A DNA stretch of 24,072 nucleotides from a bacterium (GCA_043742405.1 JAYTYL010000023.1:1-24072); one strand, 5' to 3'; shown: positions 8,180 to 16,950, counted from the stretch's first letter. Made by a program: numbers and translations. The notes: generated by a model not told the origin, from the letters alone.

Positions 8180-9415
8180 ATGCAATCCGAGAAAAATTTT
8201 AGTTTTGAAATAGAAATGAAAAGTAGTGAAGTTGCACTTGCAAGAGTTGGAAAAATCACTACACCACATGGAAAAATTTTGACTCCGTCTTTTATACCTG
8301 TCGGAACCAAAGCAACTGTAAAAGGTCTACAAGTTTCCGATTTGCAAGAAATTGGTGCCCAGTCTGTACTAGCGAACACATACCACCTATATCTACAACC
8401 AGGTGCAGACAGGGTAGAAAAAAATGGTGGGTTTGCAAAAATGATGAATTGGCAAGGTCCAAGCTGGACTGACAGTGGTGGCTTTCAAGTTTTGAGCTTA
8501 GGTGCAGCTTATAACAGTGGCATAACCAAAATCGCAACTGAAAAACAAATTGCAGAACTTAAACATAAAGTATCTCCCGACAGCGAAGCTATGGCAACGG
8601 TAGATGAAGAAGGGGTAACCTTTAAAAGTATTATTGATGGAAGTAAACACAGGTTCACACCCGAAATTTCTATGCAAATACAACACGCTCTTGGAGCTGA
8701 TATTTTCTTTGCATTTGATGAATGCACTTCACCACTCGCAACTTATGACTACCAAGTCTCTGCTATGGAAAGAACCCATAGGTGGGCCGATAGGTGCATT
8801 TCAGAGCATAAGCGCCTAGGCATAAGTAGTGCTACAGGTGCTGCGCAAGCTTTGTTTGGCGTAGTACAAGGTAGTGGCTACATAGATTTGCGCGAGCAGT
8901 CAGCTAGGTTTATGGCAAGTCGAGAATTTGATGGCTATGGCATTGGTGGCTCATTTACCAAAAGTGACATAAAGCGAGATGTAAGTATTGCAACTAGTAA
9001 TTTGCCAGAAAACAAGCCTAGACATTTACTGGGAATGGGTGAAGATCCTATAGATATCTTTGAGGGAGTGGAGGCGGGTATAGACACATTTGACTGCGTT
9101 TCTCCTACAAGACTTGGGAGGCATGGTGCAATTTACACATCCAGTGGCAGAGTTGATTTGACCATAAGTGAATATAAAGATAACTACAATAAAATAACAG
9201 ATGACGAGAAATCTCCGCTTTTTCCATATACATATTCTTACCTTGCACACTTATTTCGAAGTAAAGAAATGTTGGCCCCCATCTTAGCTTCGAAACACAA
9301 TTTGTATTTTCTAATTTCACTTACTGAGAAAATCAGAGAATCTATTTTAAATGAAAAATTTATAGAATTTAAACAAAACTTTTGTGAGAAATATTATGGT
9401 AAACTAAATTTATAA
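8180..9415 (+). CDS. tgt: Queuine/preQ1 tRNA-guanine transglycosylase lacking the CxCxxC zinc ligands
   Basis: TPHG, TPSFIPVGT, LANTYHLYLQPG, TDSGGFQV, FDECT, FGVVQG, PRHLLGMG, DTFDCVSPTR, HNL motifs. Confidence 0.96.
   Translation: MQSEKNFSFEIEMKSSEVALARVGKITTPHGKILTPSFIPVGTKATVKGLQVSDLQEIGAQSVLANTYHLYLQPGADRVEKNGGFAKMMNWQGPSWTDSGGFQVLSLGAAYNSGITKIATEKQIAELKHKVSPDSEAMATVDEEGVTFKSIIDGSKHRFTPEISMQIQHALGADIFFAFDECTSPLATYDYQVSAMERTHRWADRCISEHKRLGISSATGAAQALFGVVQGSGYIDLREQSARFMASREFDGYGIGGSFTKSDIKRDVSIATSNLPENKPRHLLGMGEDPIDIFEGVEAGIDTFDCVSPTRLGRHGAIYTSSGRVDLTISEYKDNYNKITDDEKSPLFPYTYSYLAHLFRSKEMLAPILASKHNLYFLISLTEKIRESILNEKFIEFKQNFCEKYYGKLNL
9397..9405 (+). promoter_or_regulatory. Extended -10-like box (TGgTAAACT) inside the last codons of tgt
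   Basis: 23 nt before ATG 9429; same motif as the other boxes, but it overlaps coding sequence. Confidence 0.4.
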
Positions 9416-9428
9416 ATTTATTATTTTT

Positions 9429-10832
9429 ATGAAAAAATATGGCTTGATAATTTTGGGTGCTGGGAGTGGAGGACTTAGTGTGGCGAGCGATGCCGCCAAT
9501 TTAGGGTTGAAAGTTTTACTAGTTGAAAAAAACAAGCTTGGTGGTGATTGTTTATGGAGTGGTTGCATACCCTCTAAGACCCTAATTCACGAAGCAGAAA
9601 AATTAATGATTGCAAGAGAGGAAAATTTTCAATTTGATGCTGACAAACACTTTAAAGAGGCAATTGGTAGAATAAAAATGGTGCAAGAAGAGATTGCAAA
9701 AACAGACAGTATAGAAGAATTTACAAAACTAGGGGTAGACGTAGTAATTGGAGAAGGTAGATTCTATTCAAAAAATAAAATTGTAGTTGGGAAAGACTAT
9801 TTTAAATTCAAAAAATGTGTAATTGCAACAGGCTCTAGTCCAAGAGCTCCAGATAATTTTAACGAGATAAATTTTCTAACAAATAAAAACTTTTTCTTGC
9901 AAGAAAAATTACCTAAGACTTTGACAGTTGTAGGTGGTGGGAGTATTGGCGTGGAAATAGCCTCGGCCATGGCAATGTTCGGAACAAAAGTAAAGATGAT
10001 TTTAAGGGAAGATTTTGTAATGGCTAAAGAAGAAAGTACTACACGTGCTTTTATGACTGAAAAATTGAAAAAGATAGGAGTGGAAGTATTTGCAAATACA
10101 GATATTAAAAAAGTATTTGAACTTGAAGGGGACAAGTGTGTAGAAATAGACAATGGAATAATATTGAAGAGTGAGGAAGTTCTGGTTGCTATTGGCCGTA
10201 CTTTCAATACGAATTTAGATTTGGAAAAAGCAGGCGTAAAATTTTCTGAAAAAGGAATTGAGATAAGTGAATATTTGCAAACCTCCAATAAAAAAATTTA
10301 TGCTATAGGAGATGTAAACGGGAAAATGCTTTTTACTCACGCAGCCGGCTACCAAGCAAAAGCTGTTTTGCGGAACATGTTGATACCCACAATGTTTTGG
10401 TGGAAGAAAAAGAAAAGTATGCCGACGGCTTTCCCGTGGGTTACCTATACTTTCCCAGAAGTTGCGCATGTTGGCAAATACACAAAAGATTTGATAGAGA
10501 AAGGTACAGAGTACAAAGAATATGTTACAAAATTAGAACATGTGGATAGAGCTAAGACGGGAAAAGTAGATGAGGAAGGATTTATACAAGTACTAGTTGG
10601 AAAAAAAGGAAAAATAGAAGGTGTGACAATTGTGGCTCCGCATGCAGGTGAACTTATTACAGAGTGGGTTTTAGCAATCGAGTACAACTTGCCGGTGGAA
10701 AGTATTTTCAATACTGTTCATGCTTACCCAACTCTTTCAGAACTAAACCCACGTGGAACATTTCAGTACATGAAAGAAAAACTCACGCCGAATGCTAAAC
10801 AATTCTTAAAATTTTTATTTTGGATTAATTGA
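9429..10832 (+). CDS. Class I pyridine nucleotide-disulfide oxidoreductase (Lpd/MerA-like subfamily of unknown substrate)
   Basis: GAGSGG FAD site, redox-active GGDCLWSGCIPSK, IATGS, VVGGGSIGVE, YAIGDV, PWVTYTFPEVAHVG, HAYPTLSE. No HMA domain and no C-terminal Cys-Cys pair. Confidence 0.9.
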   Translation: MKKYGLIILGAGSGGLSVASDAANLGLKVLLVEKNKLGGDCLWSGCIPSKTLIHEAEKLMIAREENFQFDADKHFKEAIGRIKMVQEEIAKTDSIEEFTKLGVDVVIGEGRFYSKNKIVVGKDYFKFKKCVIATGSSPRAPDNFNEINFLTNKNFFLQEKLPKTLTVVGGGSIGVEIASAMAMFGTKVKMILREDFVMAKEESTTRAFMTEKLKKIGVEVFANTDIKKVFELEGDKCVEIDNGIILKSEEVLVAIGRTFNTNLDLEKAGVKFSEKGIEISEYLQTSNKKIYAIGDVNGKMLFTHAAGYQAKAVLRNMLIPTMFWWKKKKSMPTAFPWVTYTFPEVAHVGKYTKDLIEKGTEYKEYVTKLEHVDRAKTGKVDEEGFIQVLVGKKGKIEGVTIVAPHAGELITEWVLAIEYNLPVESIFNTVHAYPTLSELNPRGTFQYMKEKLTPNAKQFLKFLFWIN

Positions 10833-10833
10833 C

Positions 10834-11361
10834 TTATTTTAATAGTTTTCCACCACAACCTTTGATTTCTGTTTTGCCGTAAAAGCCAGTCAAGGTGTAC
10901 TCAAAATTATTTCCTTCTTCATCTGTACAAGTTCTATCCTCCTTTTTAAGAGTCAAAGACTCTTTTGTTCCAGTTACAGACTTCATGTTTCCAACTAAAA
11001 TATTTGTTTGTGCTTCTACTAGAGTAACTGGGTATTGGTACACTCCATCGTCAATTATTACTCTACCTGTAAATATGTTAGGTTGTGACTCTAAAAGAGA
11101 AATGACCCAGCCTGGACCATTCCCACCACCAGTTATTTCTCTTTGTGAAAAAAGAATTTTGTCGGCCTGCTTTACTTCATCAGAAACAATTGAAATTGTT
11201 TGTGCAAATAAAGCACGAGAACCGGTAGCAAAATGCTCCGCGTCAAATGATATTCCAGAGTAGCTAACTGTCAGTACAGATTCTTTTTTGTAAAAATATA
11301 TAGTGAGTAAAAAGAGTGTAGAGACTGAAACAAAAATTGTAAAGAAATATTTTAGATTCAT
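10834..11361 (-). CDS. Membrane-anchored or exported protein with a COG3650-like C-terminal domain
   Basis: N-terminal TM (FFTIFVSVSTLFLLTIYFY). GNGPGWVISL and C-TDEEG..F.YT.......KGCG resemble, from memory, the GNEPFW...C-SD...Y......GCG pattern of COG3650. TATACT (11369-11374) lies 7 nt upstream of the ATG. Confidence 0.65.
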   Translation of the reverse strand: MNLKYFFTIFVSVSTLFLLTIYFYKKESVLTVSYSGISFDAEHFATGSRALFAQTISIVSDEVKQADKILFSQREITGGGNGPGWVISLLESQPNIFTGRVIIDDGVYQYPVTLVEAQTNILVGNMKSVTGTKESLTLKKEDRTCTDEEGNNFEYTLTGFYGKTEIKGCGGKLLK

Positions 11362-11389
11362 ATTTTCTAGTATAGTATATTTTGTAAAC

Positions 11390-11417
11390 TTGACAAGTGG
11401 ATAATTTTAAATATAAT
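11390..11417 (+). promoter_or_regulatory. Consensus sigma70 promoter TTGACA-N16-TATAAT for grpE
   Basis: TTGACA 11390-11395 and TATAAT 11412-11417, 9 nt before ATG 11427. Confidence 0.75.
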
Positions 11418-11426
11418 CGAGAGTAT

Positions 11427-11993
11427 ATGATAAATAATAATATTGAAGAAATAGTTGAAGATGTTGAGTTTGTGAATTTGGATGAAACAGGGGATGAAAA
11501 ATCACTCAAAGATAAATTAAAAGATTTACGAATAAAATTGAAAGAAAAGACCGAAGAGGCAAAGACAAATTTGGACGGCTGGCAAAGGTCTCGTGCAGAA
11601 ATGGTAAACAAAGAAAAGCAAATGCAAACACAATTTGCAGACACTGTGAAATTTGCAAACATAAGCTTATTGGAAGAAATAATTCCAAGCTTTGATAATT
11701 TTGAAATGGCAAAGCGAAATAAAGAAATCTGGGAGAAAGTAGACCAGAACTGGAGAGTGGGAGTAGAGTATATATTTACAAATCTCAAAAATGTTGTGGT
11801 AAATGCTGGACTAAAAGAGATTATACCTTCAGAAAATAGTGACTTTAGTACGAGCGAAATGGAAAGTACCGAGGAGGTAGTGACTGAGGACGCAACAAAA
11901 GACCACAAAGTTGCTGGGCTTGTACAAACGGGGTATACTTTACATGGCAAATTATTAAGACCCGCGAAAGTTAAAATATATATTAAGAAATAA
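11427..11993 (+). CDS. grpE: Nucleotide exchange factor GrpE (start moved from GTG 11397 to ATG 11427)
   Basis: Coiled coil with WQRSRAEMVN, LLEEIIPSFDNFEMA, WRVGVEYI and C-terminal VQTGYTLHGKLLRPAKVKI; upstream of dnaK. The GTG start would lie inside the promoter. Confidence 0.93.
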   Translation: MINNNIEEIVEDVEFVNLDETGDEKSLKDKLKDLRIKLKEKTEEAKTNLDGWQRSRAEMVNKEKQMQTQFADTVKFANISLLEEIIPSFDNFEMAKRNKEIWEKVDQNWRVGVEYIFTNLKNVVVNAGLKEIIPSENSDFSTSEMESTEEVVTEDATKDHKVAGLVQTGYTLHGKLLRPAKVKIYIKK

Positions 11994-11998
11994 AATTT

Positions 11999-12235
11999 AT
12001 GGCAACTGGTCAACACATAGAATATGATGAAGATGGGGTTGTGGGTATTTCAGACTCATATTTAGCTCCGACCAGAGGAATCACAACCACTTCTGCTATA
12101 GAAATAGATCCACATCAAATTGGTATTGAAATTAAAACTGAGGTTGGGAATGAAAGTCAGTTAGAATTTGAATTTGGGCTACCTATTGAACTTATGGATG
12201 CTAAAGAGGGAGAGAGAGGAAAGGAAGACGCTTGA
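11999..12235 (+). CDS. Small acidic hypothetical protein between grpE and dnaK
   Basis: 78-aa ORF starting 5 nt after the grpE stop and filling the intergenic space in operon orientation. Confidence 0.7.
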   Translation: MATGQHIEYDEDGVVGISDSYLAPTRGITTTSAIEIDPHQIGIEIKTEVGNESQLEFEFGLPIELMDAKEGERGKEDA

Positions 12236-12260
12236 CAAAAAAGGTGAATTGGTTTATAGA
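12232..12260 (+). promoter_or_regulatory. Possible internal dnaK promoter TTGACA-N17-TATAGA
   Basis: TTGACA 12232-12237 includes the TGA stop of the small ORF. The -10 box (12255-12260) lacks the final T. Confidence 0.4.
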
Positions 12261-12300
12261 AGATGTATTAGTAGAAAATTAATAAATTTAAAGCAAAAAT

Positions 12301-14169
12301 ATGGCAAAAATAATAGGAATTGACCTTGGAACTACAAACTCAGCTGTAGCAATAATAGAAGCAGGTGTTCCAAAAATAATGGAAAATATAGAAGGAAATC
12401 GCACTACACCGTCTGTAGTTGCTATAGCCAAAAACGGTGACAGACTTGTGGGACAACTTGCAAAAAGACAAAGTGTGACCAACCCTACAAATACTATTTA
12501 TGGAGTAAAGCGCTACATGGGGCACTCTTTTTCTGATAAAGAAGTTTCAAATGACATTGGTAAAGTTGCATTTACCCTTGAAAAAGATGCTCAGGGCGGC
12601 GCACTGGTAAAACTTGGAGATAAAAGTTACAGACCGGAAGAAGTTTCGGCTATGATTTTACAAAAAATAAAAACCGATGTAGAAGCAAAACTTGGTGAAA
12701 AAATAACCGAAGCTGTAATAACTGTACCAGCGTACTTTAATGATGCTCAACGACAAGCTACTAAAAATGCAGGAGCAATAGCTGGACTCGACGTGAAAAG
12801 AATTATTAACGAGCCTACCGCTGCAGCACTTGCATATGGTTTTGACAAGAAACAAAATCAAAAAATAGCGGTCTATGACTTCGGTGGTGGAACTTTTGAT
12901 ATTTCTATTTTGGAAGTTTCGGCTGACGTGGTAGAAGTAAAAAGTACAGATGGTGATTCTCATTTAGGGGGGCGAGACATTGACCAAGCAATTGTAAAAT
13001 ACATAATAGATGAGTTTAAAAAAAGTGAGGGAATAGATGTATCTAAAGATACTCTAGCTTTGCAAAGAGTAGACGAAGCTGCTGAAAAAGCAAAACATGA
13101 ACTTTCTACAACATCTGACGCCGAAATAAATATTCCATTTATTACAAGTGATTCCAATGGTCCAAAACATTTACTAATGAAAATGTCGCGAACACAGCTA
13201 GAAAAACTCTCTCAACCTTTTGTAGATAGGGCTTCAGAAATAACAAAACGATGTCTGGAAGCCTCGGGCTTTTCAAAATCTGATATTCAAGAAGTGATAA
13301 TGGTAGGTGGGCAAACTAGAATGCCAATGATTGTTGAGGCTGTGAAGTCTTTCTTTGGTAAGGACCCAAACAGGTCTATAAACCCCGATGAAGTAGTGGC
13401 ACTAGGTGCTGCAGTACAAGCAGGAGTGTTGCAAGGTGATATAAAAGATATTCTTTTGCTGGATGTTATCCCACTTTCATTTGGTATAGAAACTATGGGT
13501 GGAGTAATGACAAAGCTTATCGAAAAAAATACGACCATTCCTACCCAAGCTTCGCAAATTTTCTCTACTGCAAGTGACAACCAGACATCTGTTTCGGTAA
13601 ATGTGTTGCAAGGTGAGAGACCAATGGCAACAGACAACAAGTCTTTGGGAATGTTTAACCTTGACGGTATTCCTCCAGCACCACGAGGAGTTCCCCAGGT
13701 AGAAATAAAGCTCGACATAGACGCAAATGGCATTTTAAATGTTACAGCGAAAGACAAGACAAGTGGAAAAGAGCAAACTATTCGCATTGAAGCATCGAGT
13801 GGACTTTCTAAAGAAGAAATAGAGAAAATGAAAATGGATGCTGAAGTAAATGCAGAAGCAGATAAAATAAAAAAAGAAACGGTAGACTCTAAAAACATGG
13901 CTGAACAAATGGTACACACCGCAGAGAAAGCTTTAAAAGATGCCGAGGGGAAAATATCTGCCGAAACTAAAAAAGAAGTAGAGGATCAAGTTGCAAAAGT
14001 AAACCAAGTTAAGTCTGGCTCAAACTTAGAAGAAATAAAAAAAGAAACTGAAAATCTCTCTACTTCAATGCAAAAAATAGGTGAAGAAATGAGTAAAATA
14101 GCTAAGGAAGGAGAAGCTGCAAAAGAAAATTCTCCTGATGAAGCTCCTACAGAGGAACCAAAAGTATAA
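12301..14169 (+). CDS. dnaK: Molecular chaperone DnaK
   Basis: [86 protein letters not shown]. Confidence 0.99.
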   Translation: MAKIIGIDLGTTNSAVAIIEAGVPKIMENIEGNRTTPSVVAIAKNGDRLVGQLAKRQSVTNPTNTIYGVKRYMGHSFSDKEVSNDIGKVAFTLEKDAQGGALVKLGDKSYRPEEVSAMILQKIKTDVEAKLGEKITEAVITVPAYFNDAQRQATKNAGAIAGLDVKRIINEPTAAALAYGFDKKQNQKIAVYDFGGGTFDISILEVSADVVEVKSTDGDSHLGGRDIDQAIVKYIIDEFKKSEGIDVSKDTLALQRVDEAAEKAKHELSTTSDAEINIPFITSDSNGPKHLLMKMSRTQLEKLSQPFVDRASEITKRCLEASGFSKSDIQEVIMVGGQTRMPMIVEAVKSFFGKDPNRSINPDEVVALGAAVQAGVLQGDIKDILLLDVIPLSFGIETMGGVMTKLIEKNTTIPTQASQIFSTASDNQTSVSVNVLQGERPMATDNKSLGMFNLDGIPPAPRGVPQVEIKLDIDANGILNVTAKDKTSGKEQTIRIEASSGLSKEEIEKMKMDAEVNAEADKIKKETVDSKNMAEQMVHTAEKALKDAEGKISAETKKEVEDQVAKVNQVKSGSNLEEIKKETENLSTSMQKIGEEMSKIAKEGEAAKENSPDEAPTEEPKV

Positions 14170-15077
14170 TGTCAAAAGACTATTATAAAATATTGGGTGT
14201 TGATAAAAAAGCAAGCAAAGAAGAAATAAAAAAAGCTTTTTACAAATTGGCACACCAACATCATCCAGACAAAAACCAAGGGAAAGATGAGAAGTTTAAA
14301 GAAGTAAATGAAGCCTACCAAGTCTTGAGCGACGACAAAAAGCGTAACACTTACGACAGAACAGGAGCTACTGCCGGACAGCAAACAAGTGGTGCAGGTG
14401 GGTCTCAAAACCACCAAAGTGGGGGATTCGAAGGTTTTGATTTTAGTGACTTTTCAAACTTTGGCGGAGGGGGGGGCTTTCAGTTTGACTTTGGTGACTT
14501 ATTTGGTAGTCAGAATTCAGGACGAAAAAATCGTGGCGAAGATTTGCAAGTTTTAATAGAAATATCGCTCGAAGAGGTTTTTAAAGGTGCAACCAAAAAA
14601 ATAAATTATGCAAGAACGGCAAAATGTGAGACCTGTAGAGGCGACGGCGCAAAGCCCGATTCTAAAAAACATGAATGCAAAACTTGCAAAGGGCAAGGCA
14701 AAGTGACCAAAATTTCTAGAACTATTTTTGGAAATTTTCAATCACAGACTATTTGCATAGATTGTGAGGGCGAGGGGAAAATCTCAGATACAAAGTGTAC
14801 CGAATGTAAGGGATATGGTGTAAAACAAAAAAAAGAAGAGCTGAATATCCCAATACACGCTGGTGTTGAAGATGGGGGGAATTTGACTATGCGTGGCTAC
14901 GGAGAATCGGTAAAAAATGGAGAAAGTGGTGATTTGTATATACAAATAAGAGTAAAACAGGAAAAGAATTTGATAGTTAAAAATAAAACTCTGTACGCTA
15001 AAGTGCATTTAAAAAAAGGAGAGTTTTTAACTCAAAAACAAAAAGACCTAATAGAGCAATTACAAAAGGAATTTTAG
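14169..15077 (+). CDS. dnaJ: DnaJ co-chaperone with an internal deletion in C-terminal domain II (302 aa)
   Basis: J domain ([11 protein letters not shown]), G/F-rich linker, four CxxCxGxG motifs; TAATG overlap with the dnaK stop. Confidence 0.95.
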   Translation: MSKDYYKILGVDKKASKEEIKKAFYKLAHQHHPDKNQGKDEKFKEVNEAYQVLSDDKKRNTYDRTGATAGQQTSGAGGSQNHQSGGFEGFDFSDFSNFGGGGGFQFDFGDLFGSQNSGRKNRGEDLQVLIEISLEEVFKGATKKINYARTAKCETCRGDGAKPDSKKHECKTCKGQGKVTKISRTIFGNFQSQTICIDCEGEGKISDTKCTECKGYGVKQKKEELNIPIHAGVEDGGNLTMRGYGESVKNGESGDLYIQIRVKQEKNLIVKNKTLYAKVHLKKGEFLTQKQKDLIEQLQKEF

Positions 15078-15082
15078 AATTG

Positions 15083-15091
15083 TGTTATAAT
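15083..15091 (+). promoter_or_regulatory. Extended -10 promoter (TGtTATAAT) for trpS
   Basis: 7 nt before ATG 15099 and only 1 nt before ATG 15093, which favours 15099 as a leaderless start. Confidence 0.7.
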
Positions 15092-15098
15092 CATGCTT

Positions 15099-16082
15099 AT
15101 GAAAAAAAGAATGCTTAGTGGCTTGCAAGTTACCGGAAAGTCTCATATTGGAAACTATTTTGGCGCTATAAAGCAGTTTGTGGATATGCAAAATTCTGGC
15201 TATGAGGTTTTTGCTTTTGTTGCCAATCTTCACTCACTTACTTCTGTGCAAGATATGCAAAATCTAAAAGAAAATACTATTGACTTGGTGAAAGATTTCT
15301 TAGCATGTGGACTAGACGGAGATAAGGTAACTTTATTTTTACAGTCCGACGTCCCAGCTCACCCAGAGTTGTACTGGATATTTAACTGTCTGGTAACAGT
15401 TCCTTATATGGAGCGTGCAGTTGCATATAAAGACAAACTTGCCAATGGTTTGGAGCCCAATGTCGGACTTTTTACATATCCAGTGTTAATGGCGGCAGAT
15501 ATTTTACTTTACAGCCCCGATTTTGTCCCAGTAGGTGCAGACCAAAAACAACATGTAGAATATGCACGCGACATTGCCGGAAAATTCAACAATATTTTTG
15601 GGAATGGTCAAGAAATTTTTAAACTTCCAGAACCAATGATTTCAAATGAACTTGGTATTGTACCAGGAATAGATGGACGCAAAATGAGTAAAAGTTATAA
15701 AAACCACATTCCACTTTTTGCGAGCGATGAAGATATTACAAAAATTTGTATGAATATTGTAACTGACTCAGGAAACCCCGAAGACAAAAAAGATGCCGAC
15801 ACAAATAATATTTTTAATCTTTATAAACTTTTTGGAAGTGAAGAAGAAATAATTATTTTTAGAAGTAAATTGGAAAATGGTGGTGTAGGCTATGGAGATT
15901 TGAAAAAAGAATTAGCACATAAAATAATTGAGTTTGTAACGCCGATGCGTGAAAAGCGAGACAAGATTACAGACGAAGAAGTATTTGGAGTTCTAAAAAA
16001 TGGTGCAGAAAAAGCAAAGGAAGTTGCTGAAGAGAAGATGGCAGAGGTAAGAGAAAAGTGTGGACTAATAAGAAATATATAA
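15099..16082 (+). CDS. trpS: Tryptophan--tRNA ligase (alternative start 15093)
   Basis: SGLQVTGKSHIGNY (HIGH), FLQSDVPAH, TYPVLMAADILLY, VPVGADQKQHVE, DGRKMSKSY, GYGDLKKEL. Confidence 0.97.
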   Translation: MKKRMLSGLQVTGKSHIGNYFGAIKQFVDMQNSGYEVFAFVANLHSLTSVQDMQNLKENTIDLVKDFLACGLDGDKVTLFLQSDVPAHPELYWIFNCLVTVPYMERAVAYKDKLANGLEPNVGLFTYPVLMAADILLYSPDFVPVGADQKQHVEYARDIAGKFNNIFGNGQEIFKLPEPMISNELGIVPGIDGRKMSKSYKNHIPLFASDEDITKICMNIVTDSGNPEDKKDADTNNIFNLYKLFGSEEEIIIFRSKLENGGVGYGDLKKELAHKIIEFVTPMREKRDKITDEEVFGVLKNGAEKAKEVAEEKMAEVREKCGLIRNI

Positions 16083-16084
16083 AA

Positions 16085-16945
16085 ATGAACTCTGATTTAC
16101 AAAAACAAATCGAAGAATTGGAAGTGAAAATGTCGGGAGATGATTTTTGGCTGGACGTAGTGAGTGCAAAAGAGGAGGTAAAGAAATATGAAGAGCTAAA
16201 AAAGAAACAAAGAGAGGAAGAAGAGATTTTGAAGGGTGGGGCGATCATAAACATATTTTCAGGCGCAGGTGGTGACGATGCTGAGGATTGGACAAGAATG
16301 TTGTTTGAAATGTATTTTAAGTATTCAGAAATGCAAAGTTGGAAAACTTTTATTTTAAATAAAAATGAGAACAGTGTAGGAGGACTTCGAAATATTTCCT
16401 TTGAGATAGTTGGAAAAAGTATTTACAAAACTTTAAAGGGTGAAAGTGGGGTTCATAGGCTGATTCGCCTTTCACCATTTGGAAAAAATGAACTGCGACA
16501 AACTAGCTTTTCCTACATAGAAGTCTTACCGAAGTTAACAAAAGAAAATTTTAAGATGGAGGAGAGAGATTTGGAAATCAATTTTACAAAATCGGGCGGA
16601 GCTGGTGGTCAAAACGTAAACAAAAGAGAGACTGCAGTTCAGATAAAACATATTCCTACAGGTTTACGTGTAGATATTTCTACAGAAAGATCACAAGCTC
16701 AGAATAAGGAGATTGCACTGGAAGAACTCGCGGGAAAACTATACGTTTTAAACGAAAAGCTCCAAAAAGAAATAGAAAAAAGCATGGCTCCCGACTTTGA
16801 TAAAGCTCAAAAAATAGAGTGGGGAAGCCAAATTAGAACTTACACTTTACACCCTTACAAACTTGTAAAAGACCACCGTACAAACGTGGAGACGTCAAAT
16901 GTTGACGCGGTATTAAATGGTGTAAAATTGGAGTTGTTTTTGTAA
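16085..16945 (+). CDS. prfB: Peptide chain release factor 2 with a shortened N-terminal domain and no programmed frameshift (start moved to ATG 16085)
   Basis: GAGGDDAEDW, GESGVHRLIRLSPF (SPF = RF2 specificity), GAGGQNVNKRETAV (GGQ), WGSQIRTYTLHPYKLVKDHRT. Confidence 0.95.
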   Translation: MNSDLQKQIEELEVKMSGDDFWLDVVSAKEEVKKYEELKKKQREEEEILKGGAIINIFSGAGGDDAEDWTRMLFEMYFKYSEMQSWKTFILNKNENSVGGLRNISFEIVGKSIYKTLKGESGVHRLIRLSPFGKNELRQTSFSYIEVLPKLTKENFKMEERDLEINFTKSGGAGGQNVNKRETAVQIKHIPTGLRVDISTERSQAQNKEIALEELAGKLYVLNEKLQKEIEKSMAPDFDKAQKIEWGSQIRTYTLHPYKLVKDHRTNVETSNVDAVLNGVKLELFL

Positions 16946-16950
16946 AAATA

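Noticed and set aside
9429-10832. Annotation as mercuric reductase MerA or as lpdA
   Set aside because: No C-terminal Cys-Cys pair, HMA domain or mer genes; the catalytic His of Lpd is replaced and no PDH genes are adjacent.
11264-12016. 250-aa minus-strand ORF
   Set aside because: Antisense shadow of grpE; Ser/Phe/Leu-rich composition typical of reverse-complemented A-rich coding DNA.
13287-13919. 210-aa minus-strand ORF and smaller ORFs opposite dnaK
   Set aside because: Antisense open frames opposite dnaK/Hsp70 are a known codon-bias by-product; no independent promoter or motif.
16040-16100. prfB +1 programmed frameshift
   Set aside because: No CTT TGA C site or internal SD; the ORF is continuous from ATG 16085.
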